NCBI RefSeq assembly: GCF_009914755.1
Contig: NC_060937.1
Source of the DNA: the human T2T-CHM13v2.0 reference genome, Homo sapiens
Reading direction: 5' to 3' (one strand)
DNA: 64,000 bases
Of the stretch, positions 13,851 to 28,919 are shown piece after piece; position 1 is the stretch's first letter, and each line of letters starts with the position of its first letter. The notes beneath the pieces were generated by a model. That model saw nothing but the letters and a program-made list of their open reading frames with translations, was not told where the DNA came from and made no database searches. A program made the translations under genes and the position numbers.

Positions 13851-15162
13851 ACAACTCAAAAACTGTAGTCTGATGTTGATGTGCCTTTGTCCCAGAAGTG
13901 GTTACTTTGCTTTTATTAACTAGTCAATTTGGATAGCAGTTTTGATAAGTCAGCATTTATCTTATATTGTGTCCTATATGAGTACAAATCTTTATATCCC
14001 CCATGATTTTGTTTATATCACATCACTTTAAATAGGTTTAACCCAGTTGCCTTCACCTTCAATGCGACATAATCAGGATTAAGAATCCAACTTCTGATAA
14101 TACTAATGAATAATGATTTCAGAAGCATACTGGATAAAATCAGAAACTAGTTTCAATATTTCAATGATGTAGCATTTAGTAGAGTATTTTAAATGTTAAA
14201 ATAAATGTGTAAAGTTGTACATCTCTCATCTTGACAATATCCTTTGGCTGTCTTGAGATTAAGGGTGTTTGGAGTCTCTGTGATCCCATTGGAAGGATGC
14301 ATGAGGCCTGCTGGAGGCTGTCCTGTTTTCTTCTGTACCTCAGTACAACAGTCTCATGGGACTAAAATGTTTTGGTTATTGGCATATAATCTTGGTTTCA
14401 CTACAGCATTTATTTGGTGAGAAAGAACAATACTGTGTCTTCTGCTACCATTGACTGCCTAGAACTTTTTCATTTTTACCAAAATGAGTAAACATACATT
14501 GTGAATCATTCTTTTTAAGGAATTGTTAAAAGAGTCATATATGACTAAAAATTGTTTTCAAAGTTTTATTCAACTCTTGCCTTCTACATTTTCTTTTGAG
14601 GTGGTGAATATAGAGAGTTTACAGAGTTTGAATACTTAAAAATAAACAGTTTATAGTCACCCTTTTTTGGTATTCTTCATTTAATGAAGAACAGTAGTTT
14701 TGATGAATAGCTCCTCTTGTTTTTAGCAATCAATCTTTATATTCTCTAATATATTGAGCTGAACATTTTTATATGGAGAAGAATTGAGCATATTATCCCA
14801 TTGCCGATTTTAAAGCCTATATAACATTTTATTTTTCTAAGGTCACATACAATAAATTAAAATACTGTAACAAATATCTTCAGATATTTGTGATTATGTA
14901 ATTAATCAAGTTCATTTTTGTCAAGCTGGAATTCTTTGCTGGAATATTTTCATTTCTTAAATTTCATGTTCTTGTCATATATGTAGAAAATCAGTTTAAT
15001 TTAATAAATAAATGCTTGTCTAATGTGTGTACTGAATTATCTTTCTTCTTAGTATATAATTGTTTTCTTACAGAATTATAATTATTTTCTAATCAATTCT
15101 GTCCCCCTCATCTCTGAAGCCTTTATCCTATATTCTTCATCCCAATATTAATCTGGTTTATA

Positions 15163-15212
15163 TTAGGTTGGTGCAAAAGTAATTGCAGTTGTTGCCTTTA
15201 AAAGTAATGGCA
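15163..15212. mobile_element. MADE1 (Hsmar1 MITE), partial
   Basis: TA + ttaggttggtgcaaaagtaattgcagttgttgcc TIR; right arm truncated after gtaatggca. Confidence 0.85.
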
Positions 15213-15349
15213 TTACATAAATATTTGTTGAAGTAAGCCAATTTATGGCTGAGTAACTGAGTATTGCATATGAATCAGTCCCAGCACTTAAGACTTGTAA
15301 GGAATTGAAAGTTGAGGCCAACTCATTGGCTGATATTTGGTGTGCTATA

Positions 15350-15570
15350 TTAAGTAGTGGTTACCAACAGTCTCTGCAGCAGGAATGCTTGGGTTTAAAT
15401 ACTGCTAGAGCCATTTCTTATTGGCCTTGACTTATTTGCTTAATCTCTGTTGCTTAGCTTGTTAATTTATAAAGATATTTTGTAAGGCTTAAACAAATTA
15501 ATATATATGTAAAGTTCTTAAAATGCTCCCAATAAGTGCTAACATATTAATGTTATCTGTTACTACTATT
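15350..15570 (+). mobile_element. MIR
   Basis: gtagtggtta...ttgggtttaaat...gcttaatctctg...atatatgtaaagttctta...taagtgct. Confidence 0.7.
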
Positions 15571-16204
15571 TTTAAATAGGCTAGTTTTACCAAACCTATC
15601 AAGAAAGGCCAAGGCTACTACGTATCATGAGAAGGGACTGAATGCATTGTCTGGGCTCCTAGAGGCCCACTTAACCCTTTCATCCCTTCCGTATATTAAG
15701 GTACCTTAATATTTCAAAGCCTTAGGATTTTTGTGTGTTTGGCTTTTTTTTTTTATGAGAAAAAGTTTATTTCTCTCTTATACAAAAGAAGTCCAGAGGC
15801 AGGCAGTCCAGGTATACTCAAGAGCTTTCTTAAAAAATGAGTTAATCAGAAAAAAAAGCAAAAGCCATTCATAAAATTAACTCACTTTTTAAAGAAAGCT
15901 CTTGAGAATATATACAATATTGGTTGGATTCCCAATTCATTCTTTAGAAGCCATTATTTATTTGCTGTCAACGTTTCAATTTATCAACCAATTGGGATTA
16001 TGAGATAACTTTGTTTTGATAGGAGAGAGGATGTATAAGATAGAGTGTGGGGTGGCAGATACTGAGGAGTTGAAGAAATAATTGAATTCAGCAGCTAAAG
16101 CAAGAAGTAAGAGAGACCAGAAATAAGCACAAGTTGAGAGAAGAATGAGTAGACTTTATTAGTGCTTAGAAAGCCCTTTCTCATTTAACTATTGTAAAAG
16201 TCAG

Positions 16205-16808
16205 GGAGTTTTGGCTGTTCCTTAAAAAGTTAAACATATAATTACCATGTGATCCAGCAATTTTACTCCTAGGTATAAATACAAAAGTTAAAAGCAGAGC
16301 GTTAGATATGTGTGCACCTATGTTCATCGCAGTGTTTTTCACAAGAGACAGAAGGTCGAAACAACCCAAGTTCCCATCAACAGGTGAATGGGTAAACAAA
16401 ATGCGCTATATACACACAGAGAAATATGATTCAGCTATAAAAAGGCAGGAAATTATGACAACATCCTACAATGTGGATGAATCTTGAAAATATTATTTAA
16501 TGAAAGAAGACAGGCATAAAGAGACAACAATTGCATGATTTCACTTACATGAAGTACCTAGAGTGGGCAAATTCGTAGAGAAAGAAAGTAGAATAGAAGT
16601 TATAAAGTGCTGAGGGGAGGGCAGAATCAAGAATTAATGTATAGATACACAGTTTCAGTTTGGGAAGATGAATAAGTTCTAGAAGTAGATAGAAGTGATG
16701 GTTACACAACATTGTGAATATGTCTAATGCCATTGAATTGCACACTTACAAATGTTAATATGGTAAATTTTATGTTAATTATATTTTAGCACAATATATT
16801 TCTAAAAA
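16205..16808 (+). mobile_element. L1MB-type 3' end
   Basis: ttaaacatataattaccatgtgatccagcaatt...cccatcaacaggtgaatgg...attgaattgcacactta...tatattttagcacaat. Confidence 0.85.
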
Positions 16809-17129
16809 TCCTATGAGGTTTGCTTGTTCTCTGATTTATAGAGTATCTGAGACTTGCCCAGGGGAACCTAGGTCATCTCTATTTCTACTATACTATAAGC
16901 TGCTATTTTAAACCTCAGATTTACTTCAGGGAGTTATTTTCTCTACAGGGTTTATTTTTATTTTTATTTGGTCTAAGTCTAACCCTGCTTAGTGAAAACA
17001 CACTGAGTACTCAGGTTTCTATTTAATAGCACAAATGGCGATCCCAGAAGGCAAAAACAAAATTAAAATTGAAGTATTATTTTTAAATAAACAGCTTGCT
17101 GAAGGATGCCATTGCAAACAATCCACAAA

Positions 17130-17470
17130 ACTTTATTTGAGTGACTATGATTTACTACTTCTCAGATATGTTTTTTGTCTTCAGTGAACTTAAAGTCTGT
17201 TTGAAAATACAGATATGTAACAAATGATTATCTTTTAAATAAATGTTAAAAGTTATATAAGTAAAATCTTACATGAGTGCAAAACAAGGAGTATCAAGCA
17301 CATTAGGGGGGATTAATAGGAGATTAGGAGAGAAGGCACACAGACTCAGACTTGAGAAATGTATGGCATTTTAATAGGGAAAGCAACATAGGAAAGGCAT
17401 TCCAGTTAAATAAATATCTCAGGCAAAGGCCAGAGTCAGAAAAACATGTGGCCTGTTTGTAAATTGTATG
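17130..17470 (-). mobile_element. L2 fragment
   Basis: tttatttgagtgactat...gaacttaaagtctg...ggaaaggcattccag...ggcaaaggccagag. Confidence 0.55.
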
Positions 17471-20400
17471 TATATGGTCCTATTTCCCATTTTTCTCTGT
17501 CTATCCAGGTCAGACCTAAAACATTAAATCACAATGACTATTCCCTCCATATTTAAATATTTACTTCTTGTCCTTATCTAAATATTTCGCCCTGTTTCTA
17601 ATTTGCAGCAATGTTGCCTATGTGCCTTTTATTTTAAATTCCCTGTAATTATTTTTGGAAGCAGAAAGGATATTGATTATACATTTAAATACAATTCCAG
17701 TTTGTCTTAAATCAGTCACTTAAATCAGTCCAGTGTCTTAGATTAGTCATTCAGCCTAAGCAGGCCTTATATATAGTGAAACCAGTATCTGTTAGATTGC
17801 TTATGCATTTCTGTTAGAATGAGACCTACAGATCTGTAGTGATATAGATACTCAGGATGGGAAAATTTAGCATTTAGTTACTTTAATAACAAAGAATATC
17901 TTTCACTTGGTTTTAGGGGATGTAACTGATGATTGCACTTTGAATTAACCTTTTGGAAAACTTGCTTTTAACTCAATTTAGACAATATTCACTAGAGTAA
18001 GAATAGGGATAAGTTTGCCTGGAGTAAGGAGCTGGTATTGGGTTAAGCTGAAGTCAATTTTTGATGTGGATGTTGATATATAATTGACCTGGGTAATACC
18101 TAAAGTCAAACAAAATTTAATTTGTGATAAATAATGGCTGTGGGTGGTAGTGCAAGTCAGGAGGACAAGGTGGGGTCCAAAGGGTGGAAAAGGATCATTC
18201 ACTAAATTTGTTAGAAAGTCTAGGACCATGGACAGCTCCCTGGCAGCTGAGATGCTCTGATAAAGTGAGCGAAATGGGAAAAAATATATATATATCCTGA
18301 AATATACCCCTTTATTTGATTTTTATGGCCTCTCACTAGAATTTTCTGATTCTAAAACTGATTTTTTAATTTTTTTTTTAATGTTTGCCATGCCTCCTAC
18401 AAGATCAGGAAACCTATTCATTTTCCCAAGAACGTCATTCTTTTCTAAGACTGCGTTACTTTCTAGCCCGACTCTCAACATGAGAACACATTTCCACAGA
18501 AAGCTATGGCAAAGGAGCAGGTAGAATTTCATTCTCTATGTTAAACCTATAAACTTCTGGTTGCCCACCACCTCCACCCCATTTTTATGCTGAAGCAAGA
18601 TCTAAGCCTGGAATTGTAGCCAAGATTTCCTCTATGAAATTGCAATTTCAGTTTTAATGAAGAGGTTATTTTATTTTATTTTATCTTACCTTTTCCTATC
18701 TGCAGCATTTTTTTCTTTTTACAAAATGATCATCCCAAATAACTTATTTTTAATTAGTGGATTTCTTCTTTGTCATTTAGTTGTTCCCTAGCCAATCCTC
18801 ACTATGCTGGAGTGCCTAAAATTGTGCACCTAAAAAACAATTAGTGTATTTCTTCTCTCTGACCCATTTTTAATCTATTCGCTTCAGCTTTACTGTCCAG
18901 AGCGGTTTTCTCTAAGTTATCCCATTATCATTTATCTTTCCTTACCAAATAAAGAGAACACAGTAAGATTTTAAATCACAAATATCCTTTTCTTTCAATA
19001 AGAACACAAGTAATTTACCTCTTGCAGTGAAAGGTAACAAAATGAAACATCTTATTTTTTCTCCAGCCTCCTTTCTCTACCCCAAAGTCAGCAGCTGCTT
19101 TAAGTCTGTATATTTTAGTTATAATGTAGAGAAGTGATCTACCAAAAGAACTTTTGTGCATCAACCTTTGGGCAGTTGAGAAATTATTGGTTGGTTATGC
19201 TCATTGTGACTACAATTGCAAGCCACTTTTGCTTATTCCTATATATTTTTTTTTAAATTATCTTTAAACTCCTCTGTATTTATGAAAGGAAAATTTGGCT
19301 TCTTCTGTAGGATTAAAGGCTTGCCATGGTTTTTTTTTTTCTCTTATCACATTGAAGATAAACCTGTTTGACGCTAATCTGATAAAAGAGTTTTCAGAGC
19401 TGATGACTTCTTGTTTTTCCATGAAACACTTTTTTCAGATTCATACTGCTATTTCAAATGAAAAAATTATTCACACCTTCATGTTTCTGAGGTTTTTCTA
19501 ACTGAATGTTTATTACATTATACAACTCTTGGTTTTATTTATATAAGGCCAATAGCTTAATTGTTGCTGTCCTGTATGGGCCTGGAAGTTGACATTGACT
19601 ATGTTATGATAAGTTATGAAATTTAAAAAACTTTAAAAAGGATCTTATATGCCGTGATATATTGTTAAATTTAACTTGTTCAGTAATCAAAAAATCATGT
19701 TTTAGTGAGCAAAATAATCATCATTTAGCAAGTTTCAGACACATGGATTTTGGAAGTTTTATAGTTAGAGAGAACAACTAATATATATACTTCAGTACCT
19801 ACCCTATCCCATTGCTGTAAAGGTTGACTTATATACAATGGTTATTTGCATCATTGAATTGCCATTTATGTAAAATGCTGAAATTACACTTTGGGGTTCC
19901 ACTCATAGAGGTTCAGTAGTATGTGTAAAGTCATGCGGTTAGTAAATAAAGTTGCTAAAAAGAAAACCTAGGTCAGTCTATTATCAAAATCTTATGATTT
20001 TTCTGCTTCACTGTGTTGCCTTTTGCCCATGGAATAAGATGCGACCTGAAATTACAATTTCTGTATTCCAACATGACTGAATGAAGCATATTTCTGAAAT
20101 TATGTTCCCAGATTTATTTCCCGTAATTTAAGAAATTTCATGTTCAGTCAAATGCATTTTACAATATTTGAAACTATTTTAAGAAGTCAGCATTTGTTTG
20201 ATGACTATTAAAATCACAGTTACAATGTTTGAAGAAAAGTATACTATAAGTTTTTATTAAGTCATATAATTGTTTAATTACAGTTACATTGACAATGAAA
20301 TGGAACACTGTTGATAGTGAATGGCCTGCTTGGCAGTCTCTTATATTTGATAAATAAATATTATTAACTGTAAGATAGTTCTAGGAACTGTTCGTTAGTT

Positions 20401-21266
20401 CCTGTGCTGACAGTTACTACATTTGCTTTAACATTATGGATCATTAGAAAATATAGAAATTTTCCTTCTACCATCTTAAATTTTAGTACTTATTTTCTCA
20501 CTCTTTTTTCAGTTAAATTTTTGATGAGGAAAGCCTTTTCTTCACTCACTAGAATTTATAAAATCAGGTGAAGCAAATATTTGAAAATTTGTATTTAATT
20601 TGAAAATATGTATAGTCTGTTCAAGACCTTACTTTTCTCTATATTTATATAATCAGTAACACATAAAATTTCTCTTCTTACATCTCTCTTAATTTTAATT
20701 CTTTCATGAATTAAGTGAATAAAAGTACTCTATCATTTACTTTTACTTAAAAGCAACTTTGCATGGATCACTTTGTATTAAAAGCAAATTTGTGTGGGTC
20801 AAATACTTGTTACCTAGCCTGGTTTCCATAAATTCTATTGAACTATGATGAATCTTTTCTTGCTAAAAAGTAGATTTGAAAAAAAATAATAAAGGACTAT
20901 GTAATAAATAGCAAGATAGAGGAGAGGAAATTTCTGGCCTCTCTTTTCTGCTAGATTGTTAGCATCTTCAAGCCTGGGTGTACATTGTTGGGCTAATCAA
21001 TAGTGACTAGGGTGATACACTAGTCAAGGGCTCTCCAATTGCTTTAAATTGTTAAGAATTATACATGTATCATTAACTTACATAAGTCTTAGTGCTTTCA
21101 CATAAATAACAATCAAGGTAATTAATACGTCTAAAACAGTAAAGGTAGTTTAAATGATAAAGTTAACTTATCTTTTTACAGATGATCATCAAACTCTATG
21201 AGAAGCTATTGATAAATAGTAGTATGCTCTCCAAGGCCAATCTGTAATTTATTCCTAATGTGTCAT

Positions 21267-21311
21267 TCATATATATATATGGAGATATATGTGTGTGTGT
21301 GTGTATGTATA

Positions 21312-21356
<45 letters not shown>

Positions 21357-21638
21357 GGAGACAGGCTCTTACTCTGTTGCCCATGCAGTGGCATGATATT
21401 AGCTCACTGCACCTCTGTCTCCTGGGCGCAAGCAATCCTCCCACCTCAGCCTCCTGAGCAGCTGGGACTACGGGCATGCACTACTATGCCTGGCTAATTT
21501 TTTGTATTTATATTTTTTGGTAGACACAGGGTTTCTCCTTGTTGCCCAGGCTGGTCTTAAACTCCTGGGTTCAAGTGATCCACTCACTTTGGCCTCCCAA
21601 ATTGTTGGGATTACAGGAGTGAACCACTGTGCCCAGCC
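21267..21638 (-). mobile_element. AluJ whose tail is now a (TG)n/(TA)n microsatellite
   Basis: Alu body 21356-21638 (ctcctgggttcaagtgatcc); (TG)20 at 21314-21353; TSD-like aatgtgtcat/aacgtgttat. Confidence 0.92.
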
Positions 21639-24466
21639 AACGTGTTATATTTTGAAAGAACATTTTTCTTTATAGTTTAAGAAGCAGAGCTTAGGAGTAC
21701 TGAGAATTATGCCAATTTTAAGTGCATATTAGTTAAATAAAATTAATTGTTTCATGCCCACCTTCTATAGATTTCTAGTAAACTTAACTACTTATGGAAA
21801 AATTCACTGTATTTAAGTATGTATGTAAGTAACTGAATAAGCTTTTATTCTGTTAAAACTCTATACAACTCTCATTGAAATATCCATAAATGTTTCAGCA
21901 TGCCTGATATAATTATACATCATTTATGAAGGAGAAACAGCAACACATCTGATTTTTCCAATTCTCTCTCCCCCTCTCTTGCTCTTTTATTAATATTTCT
22001 GAAATAAAAAACATGCAACATTCCCTGTTAAGAACTCTGTAAATTGTGGCTGGATTCTTTTTACTTACGGCACAATGTTTCTCTTTATGTGCATAGACAG
22101 GGCCCTGAAATGCAACGTGAAGTGGTGAATAGAGCCCATGAGGCTTGCCTTCATAGATTTGCTTGATGAGATGTTTATCTGGGTGAGAAATTGGTTGTTG
22201 AAAATAAGGATTTCCTTATAGTTCATTGCCTATTTCAAAATATATTTTCCCGTATAGCTTATTGTATGTTATTCAAAAGTTTCATCTCTTTCCACAAAAA
22301 CATATTTTAAAATTGTGCTCCAGAAGGAACACAAATTGAAAAGCAGCAGTCAAAGTTGATACCTGGACTCTACACCAACTGTTGAAAGCTGTTGAAAGTG
22401 GTAATGCTCACAAAATGCCTTACCCTTGCAAGATTGCCTAATCCAAGACTGACCAATGTGATTAAACCGAGTTACACATCACTGGTGGCCTTGTGCCAGA
22501 TGCAGGCTTCGGAAGAATAAATTGAGTTGTGTTACTGTCACCGCACAACTTTATTGAAAACAAGGCAGTATCAGCACCTTTAGGTCCTACTCTCAGGCAA
22601 ACACTGAAGATGACATTGCTGAAGCTTGAGTTGCCTTTCTTTTTTTGACTTAACTAACACTTGATATTCCCCAGGATCAGCCTCAACAACATTCACCTAT
22701 GTTGTCATTCTCACTGGGCCTTGACCAAAATCTCAGTTGTTCTCAATTAGCCTGTTTTGAAATAATAAAAAAAAAATCACACCTCTGTTCTGGAAAATGA
22801 TGAAAAAGTCATCCTTGTACTTCTAATCATAAACTTCCTCTTTAGAATGGAATCTCATAACATTAAATAAATTTTCTAACTGCTCAGAAACGATGCATAT
22901 GTGAGTTAAATCTGTGCTAAAAGAATAATCAAGCTTGTTCAATTAGAAAATAGTCATAGAAATGAGTCCATAAATAAATAAAATTTTATGAAATATTTAG
23001 CAATGAAAGTTTATGGAATAAACTTTACTTAGAAGTTTACTGAGCCTCCACTTTTTATTATAAAAATACTTCCTGAAATCACCCTAAAATATGTTTGCTA
23101 GCAGAATGAGAAATTGATTTACTTACTTTTTAAAATTGTGTTTCTCAGATTGACAGCAGTAGGTATAATGCAAATAACAATATTCCAACATGTTATTTTT
23201 TAACATTCAATAAAAAGCACTTCTATTCATTTTTAAACCAACAAAATAGAGAATTGAAATGAACTTGAAAAACTACACATGAATATTAGAAATATTAAAT
23301 ATTATAATTTAAATATTTATTTCAACGTGTACTTTCAAGCATCATATAATCCTTTGATGTATAAGGGAACAGTGATTTGAAAATAACTTTTATAAATACA
23401 CTTTTGTTTTAGATACTAAGAAGTATCTTTTGAGTAAATTTTCTCTCAAAATACATATTGGCACAATATTTCTTAGATTTTTTAAAAAATATCTTTAAAC
23501 ATTTCCACTCCAAAAATGCAAAATAGTGTAAGATGAAAAATGGAGATTTAAAATATGCTTTCATTCATTTTCCTTTGGTAATCAACTCAAGCTTTTTCAA
23601 GCTATGTCAAAAATGATGAGCTCAAAGGCATTTTGGAGGTGACTGTGACATTGCTGATATTAATTGGTACTTTATTTTCACTTCTATTATGCTCTGCAGG
23701 TTTTGAACCTATTTTCCACCCATTTTTGTTCTTATAGTTAGAAGGTAGGCAGGAATAAACAAAGATGATAATGAATTCTTATCTAATTATGAGTATCATC
23801 CAGATTTTATAAGAAGAAAATAATTCCAGAAAATGTCTTCAAAATCAATTTAATGCAGTGTTTGCAAACATAAAAATGCTAACAGCATGTAGAAAGACTT
23901 TTGACATTTTTCCTTTTTGAAATGTATTCCCAAATACATGGAAATATGTGTTTTTAGGTTTGAGATAAGTCTCTGCGAACATGCTGTAATGAGATTATAA
24001 TCCAAGAAAATGTTATATTTCTATGCTTATGATTTCTAATACGGCTTTTCAACTGGCAAATTGTGGTAAATGTGCTTGATAAGACAGAAAGCATCATTTC
24101 CAACTGATGTAAATTTTCTCCTCTCAACTTCACAAACTTTGAATATTTAGAGTTTTGGTATTGCTTTTAACGAAAGTTAAAACTAAAATGTCATGAAAGC
24201 CATGGACAGGATGAAATAATCCACATACTAAATAAAGATAAGCAATGAAATTTAGCAATCCTTTTCTCAATCTTAGTCTAACTACTATTTGGACTATTTT
24301 AATACACCTTTTCTTGTTTTATATAACTTCATCATTAGCTATGAAGAATAAACAATGAACTCATTTATACTTTCTTCCCTCCCCCTTTTTTTCCTTTTTT
24401 TTTTAAAAAACAAAAACAAAAAACAAACAACAGCAACAAAACTTTTATACTGGTTACCTCCATAAA

Positions 24467-24775
24467 TTTTTTTTTTTTTTTTTTAGGCAGAGTCTCCCTC
24501 TTTTGCTCTTTTGCCCAGACTGGAGTGCAGTGGCAGGATCTCAGCTTGCTGCAACCTCCGCCCCACCGGGTTCAAATGATTCTCCTGCCTCAGCCTCCCT
24601 AGAAGCTGGAATTACAGGCACCCACCACTACGCCCAGCTACTTTTTGTATTTTTAGGAGAGGCGGGGTTTTCACCATGTTGGCCAGGCTGGTCTCTAACT
24701 CCTGACCTCAGGTGATCTGCCCACCTCGGCCTCCCAAAGTGCTAGGATTACAGGTGTGAGCCACTGCACCTGGCC
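24467..24775 (-). mobile_element. AluSx-like element
   Basis: Poly-T, cctgacctcaggtgatctgcccacctcggcc; TSD acctccataaattt / acctccgtaacttt. Confidence 0.95.
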
Positions 24776-24954
24776 ACCTCCGTAACTTTAAATGATATTT
24801 TAAAGCTGTATTTCTTGAGTCATCAACTTCTGAACAGTGTCTCTTGCCTTCCTGCTGTATAGCCCAAGGAATCCCTTTCTCCATACATCTTCTTCCTCTC
24901 CCAGTCCCCAATTTGTATAGGATTGCTTGATGAAATCATCCCCGCATCATGTTC

Positions 24955-25450
24955 AGGAGATCAAGCTCCTTAGCATGACCTGCAAGGCCCTACTGATAAT
25001 ACCTGGCCCCAGCCTTTCCTTTGGATATCAGCTCTCACTTCCCTTCACCCATTGCCTTTTCTCTGGACTCAGGCTTCTTGCTGGGACTCAAACATGAGAG
25101 ACCATTACCTGATGCACTGGTCATTGGATGCATTGCTAGAGTGCCTTTTTATGGCTGTTTCTCTGGTATTTAGGATTCTGATGAAAGTTTCCTCTCTCAG
25201 AGCACTTGCTTTACATCCCTTCATAAAATAGCCATGCACCCTCACTCCTCTTTGTTACTACTCTGCTTTATTTTTTGCCATAACATTTACTACTATCCAA
25301 CTTAATTCTATATCTGTTTTACTAATTTGATTACTTTTCTCCCACTAATGTGAACTTTCACATGGCCAGCCATTCTGTCGGTTTTTGCTGTTGAATCCAC
25401 AGTTATTAGAGCAATACCTGCCACAAATATATGTTAGACAACGAATTAGC
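24955..25450 (+). mobile_element. L2 3' portion
   Basis: caagctccttagcatgacctgcaaggccct...ccactaatgtgaactttcacatggccag...agagcaatacctgccaca. Confidence 0.65.
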
Positions 25451-28400
25451 ATAGTTTACAAAACTTAAATGCTGTTCTGTACTGTCAATTAACCGTCCAT
25501 TACTTTGTCCATACGTTAGTTCCAAAATTTTAGAACTAACAAATAATGTTATGACTATATAAATATCATAAATTGCAGAGTCCTTGAGTGTGATTAGATC
25601 ATACGTTGATTAGATCATACATAACACTCCAGAACTAAGTCTGTGCCATTCAAAAGAGAATGTTCTAAGCATCAAGATCAACTATCCCTTTTCTTATAAT
25701 CCATCAACTGTTCAAAACAATAACATGCTTTCATCTTTATATTTATTTTATGATTATCATGTGCTGCTTTTATTTCCCATGGAACTTCCAACTGCATTTC
25801 ATTTATCTTGACAAATGAAGTGAGTGTGGCCTTCAACCATATCTCTAAAATAATCTGATTCCTAATTGTATTACTTGTCAAATATCCTAAAGTGGAGAAA
25901 TTCTTTAAGGAGTACGCCAAAGTTGTCATCATTGAGTCCTTTCTATTCATCCAAACTTAACTTCTCTTCTTCTTGGCTCTCACAGTTTCTACTTCGTTGG
26001 ATTCTTTCTTCTTTTATTCAGCTTGAGTGCTTGTGAGGTATGCTTTGGATGACACAACTAATTAATAATGTCTTTATTTTGCCCTGGTATATGGTGAATG
26101 TTTTGCTTAGGAATGGCTTATTGTTTGTAGTCCTTTTCCTCTAGACAGACTCATTGTCATTAAGCATTCTTCGTTGCAATGAAAAGTCTGAAACAAATCA
26201 GACTCTTGTCCCTGTGGAGAACTGTTTTTAATTCTACGCTCTATGCCTTTTTGTTTTTATCTTGGAAATGTTATCAGCATGTGTTTAAGTGTATTTTTAT
26301 TTTTGTTTGTTTTATCTATTCTGCTACTGTGTGGGTCTTTTTTTTTTTTTTTTTTTTTTTTTTTACTGTCAGGTTAGGGCGTTTGTTATTTTAGAAAACA
26401 TTTTCCTTTTATTAGTTAGATTATTTCCTCTTCTACTTGCCCTTTGTCATTTGCTGGATTGAGTAACCTTGTACATTTCTGAATTGATCATCTATTCTTC
26501 TAAATACTCCTTTCACTTTAAAAAATATGTCTGCCCCATCTTCTGGGAGAAATCCTTTTATTTATTTACTTACTCACTTACCGATGGTTCTTGAAAATTT
26601 AAAAACCAATGTATTTGGCTTTCACAATCCTTCTTTTCCCCTCCCTCTTTTCCCTCTCTCCTCCCCTCTTTCCTCCTCCTTCTTCCTTTTTTCTCTCAAT
26701 GCAATTTTGGAGTTCGTGATTATATATCTTGACTTGTAATTGGAGCAGAACTACTCACATATCGGAAAATTTGAGGTGGGTGGCTTCTGTTATATTATGC
26801 ATTGACTTAGGGAGAATAATTCTGTGCTTCAAGAACTAGGAGAACTGAAAAGCTAAATGTTTCAGCACAACTTTTAATGGGAACGAAGTAGAATATCCAG
26901 CAGTCCATGAGAATTGACTGTTCAGCCAGGAGCTTGAAAAAGTAAAGAGTTAATTAGAACCTGGGAAAGACTGGCACAAGGGAGGGAGCCCAGAAGGATA
27001 CCACATACTTTCCTATGCATGAGAAACTACTGACCCAGAGATTTCAACTCTCATTTTGTGCAGCCAAGATTGCGAAGTTTAAGTTGACACATTTATCCAT
27101 GGGTGATAAATTTAAATTAAAGAGAGAAGGAAGCAAAAATATACAAAGGGGGAATTAAAAGATAAAAAGTAGCTTGTGAGGAAAGATCAAGCTATAGGCT
27201 CTGTGTAACAGGATGGCTTTCAATTTAGGGAAGGGTAAAGGGAAGTGGAGTGGAGGAGTGTGTGCACATGCATGGCTGTGAAAGAACAGGCACGCTTCTT
27301 CATCCATGTGACACCACTGTACAGAGAGGTGGTCAGTCATACACAGAATTAAAGTGTCATCTTGATAGACCCATAGTCCTAAATCATGCCTGATTTCCTT
27401 TTGCCCATATAAATATTATGAGATTATATAGGGAATATACGTTGTTGACTTTTTATAAATAATATTTTTCTTACTTCAGGTGTTTTTCCTCAAAAGTCTT
27501 TTTACTGAATATAATTTACATAGATCATATGCTTTCTATAGGAATTGTGGTAAATAAAATTATTTAAGCAACTATGGAGAAGTCCTGATTCTATTACTAT
27601 GGATATATACACTATAGATTTCAATTTAAAAATGATTTTTTCATTATTGCTAACAAGTGGAATACATGCGTTTCATACCTATCACACTCTTTTTTTCTTC
27701 TTAGAGAAATCTTTCCTAATGACATTATTTTTTTTCTTACTTACCTTTCCTTGGCATAACATAAGCTGAACAAACCTATGATCAGTATCAGGTAAACTCA
27801 TCAAATGTGCTCTTGAGGGGGAAGAATTTTAAAAGAAGGCAGTAGCACAAACCTGATTTAACCAGTTTACAACATCAATCCTCTTAAAAATCAAAGGAAA
27901 GACAAAAGGAAATATTTTCAGGTGTATAAAGATTACAATGCTCTTAATACTATATTAAGTCCAAGAAAAAAATGTGGCGCACAGTTATGAAAACAAAGCT
28001 GTCCAGCAAGACATGCCTTTTCTCTGTAAAATGAAACCACTTCAGTTTCTGTGTTTTATACTGAGGATTTATCCTAGCACACTGGTCAGTACATTATTTT
28101 ATGATGGCTCACTATGACTGCATCACTTACATCCACAGAAAATGCCAATCTTTCTTAGAGTAAATCATTTCCAGTCAAGGCAGAAGGACTTCAAAGCAGA
28201 GTCAGTGAAAACAGATATAAGGATGTTCTACAGCAATAGCCCTGGCACCAGTGTAAACCTACCCTGCTCCTCAATCTGGTGTGTTTCTCTCCTTTACAGA
28301 AGCACTAACCCTGACCAATCCAGCAAGACTTACAGAAATCTCCTGGGCTGCCTAAAAGGGGGCCCAAGTGATTCTTGCTGCTCCTGTCTGACCTTTTTAA

Positions 28401-28919
28401 ATGAGGAAAATATTGATTAGGAGTTTTTCTTTTTGAAGTATAGAATTAATACATTTTTGGTAGTGATACATTTTATAGTAAGACTGAGTAAGGTTTGATC
28501 TTACATTGTCCTTGTAGTCTGCATACTTTTACTTTTGTGTTATCAGTTCTTCATTAGGAAAACCCAGAGTTCAATGAATAATTCAAAAGCTTGATATGAA
28601 GTATTTGATGCTTAAACCCAAGTTTTCTCAAAGCAAGGATATCATCAAGAGACCTCTGGTACTTGTGACTACTCTGTGACTAACCAGGTCATTTACTTGG
28701 AAGAGAGGAGGGAAGGTCAAGATTATGTGGGACAAAATATTCATTATCACATCCACTTAGACTTGAGCAATTACAACACAGGAATATTTGTATTTGTTTT
28801 TTTATTTAGGCTTTCAGTTAAAAGTTTTTTGCAGAGATCAAATGTAAAACAATTTGTACTTACACTGATTAGAGAAACAAGTGCAAATGTTAGAAATTAC
28901 ATATCAAAAAGGAAATATT

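Noticed and set aside
26000-26043. Microexon-like pattern (polypyrimidine-cag / 16 nt / gtatgc); a similar one at 35550-35606
   Set aside because: Such splice-like motifs are common in T-rich DNA; the lengths are not multiples of 3 and there is no supporting gene structure.
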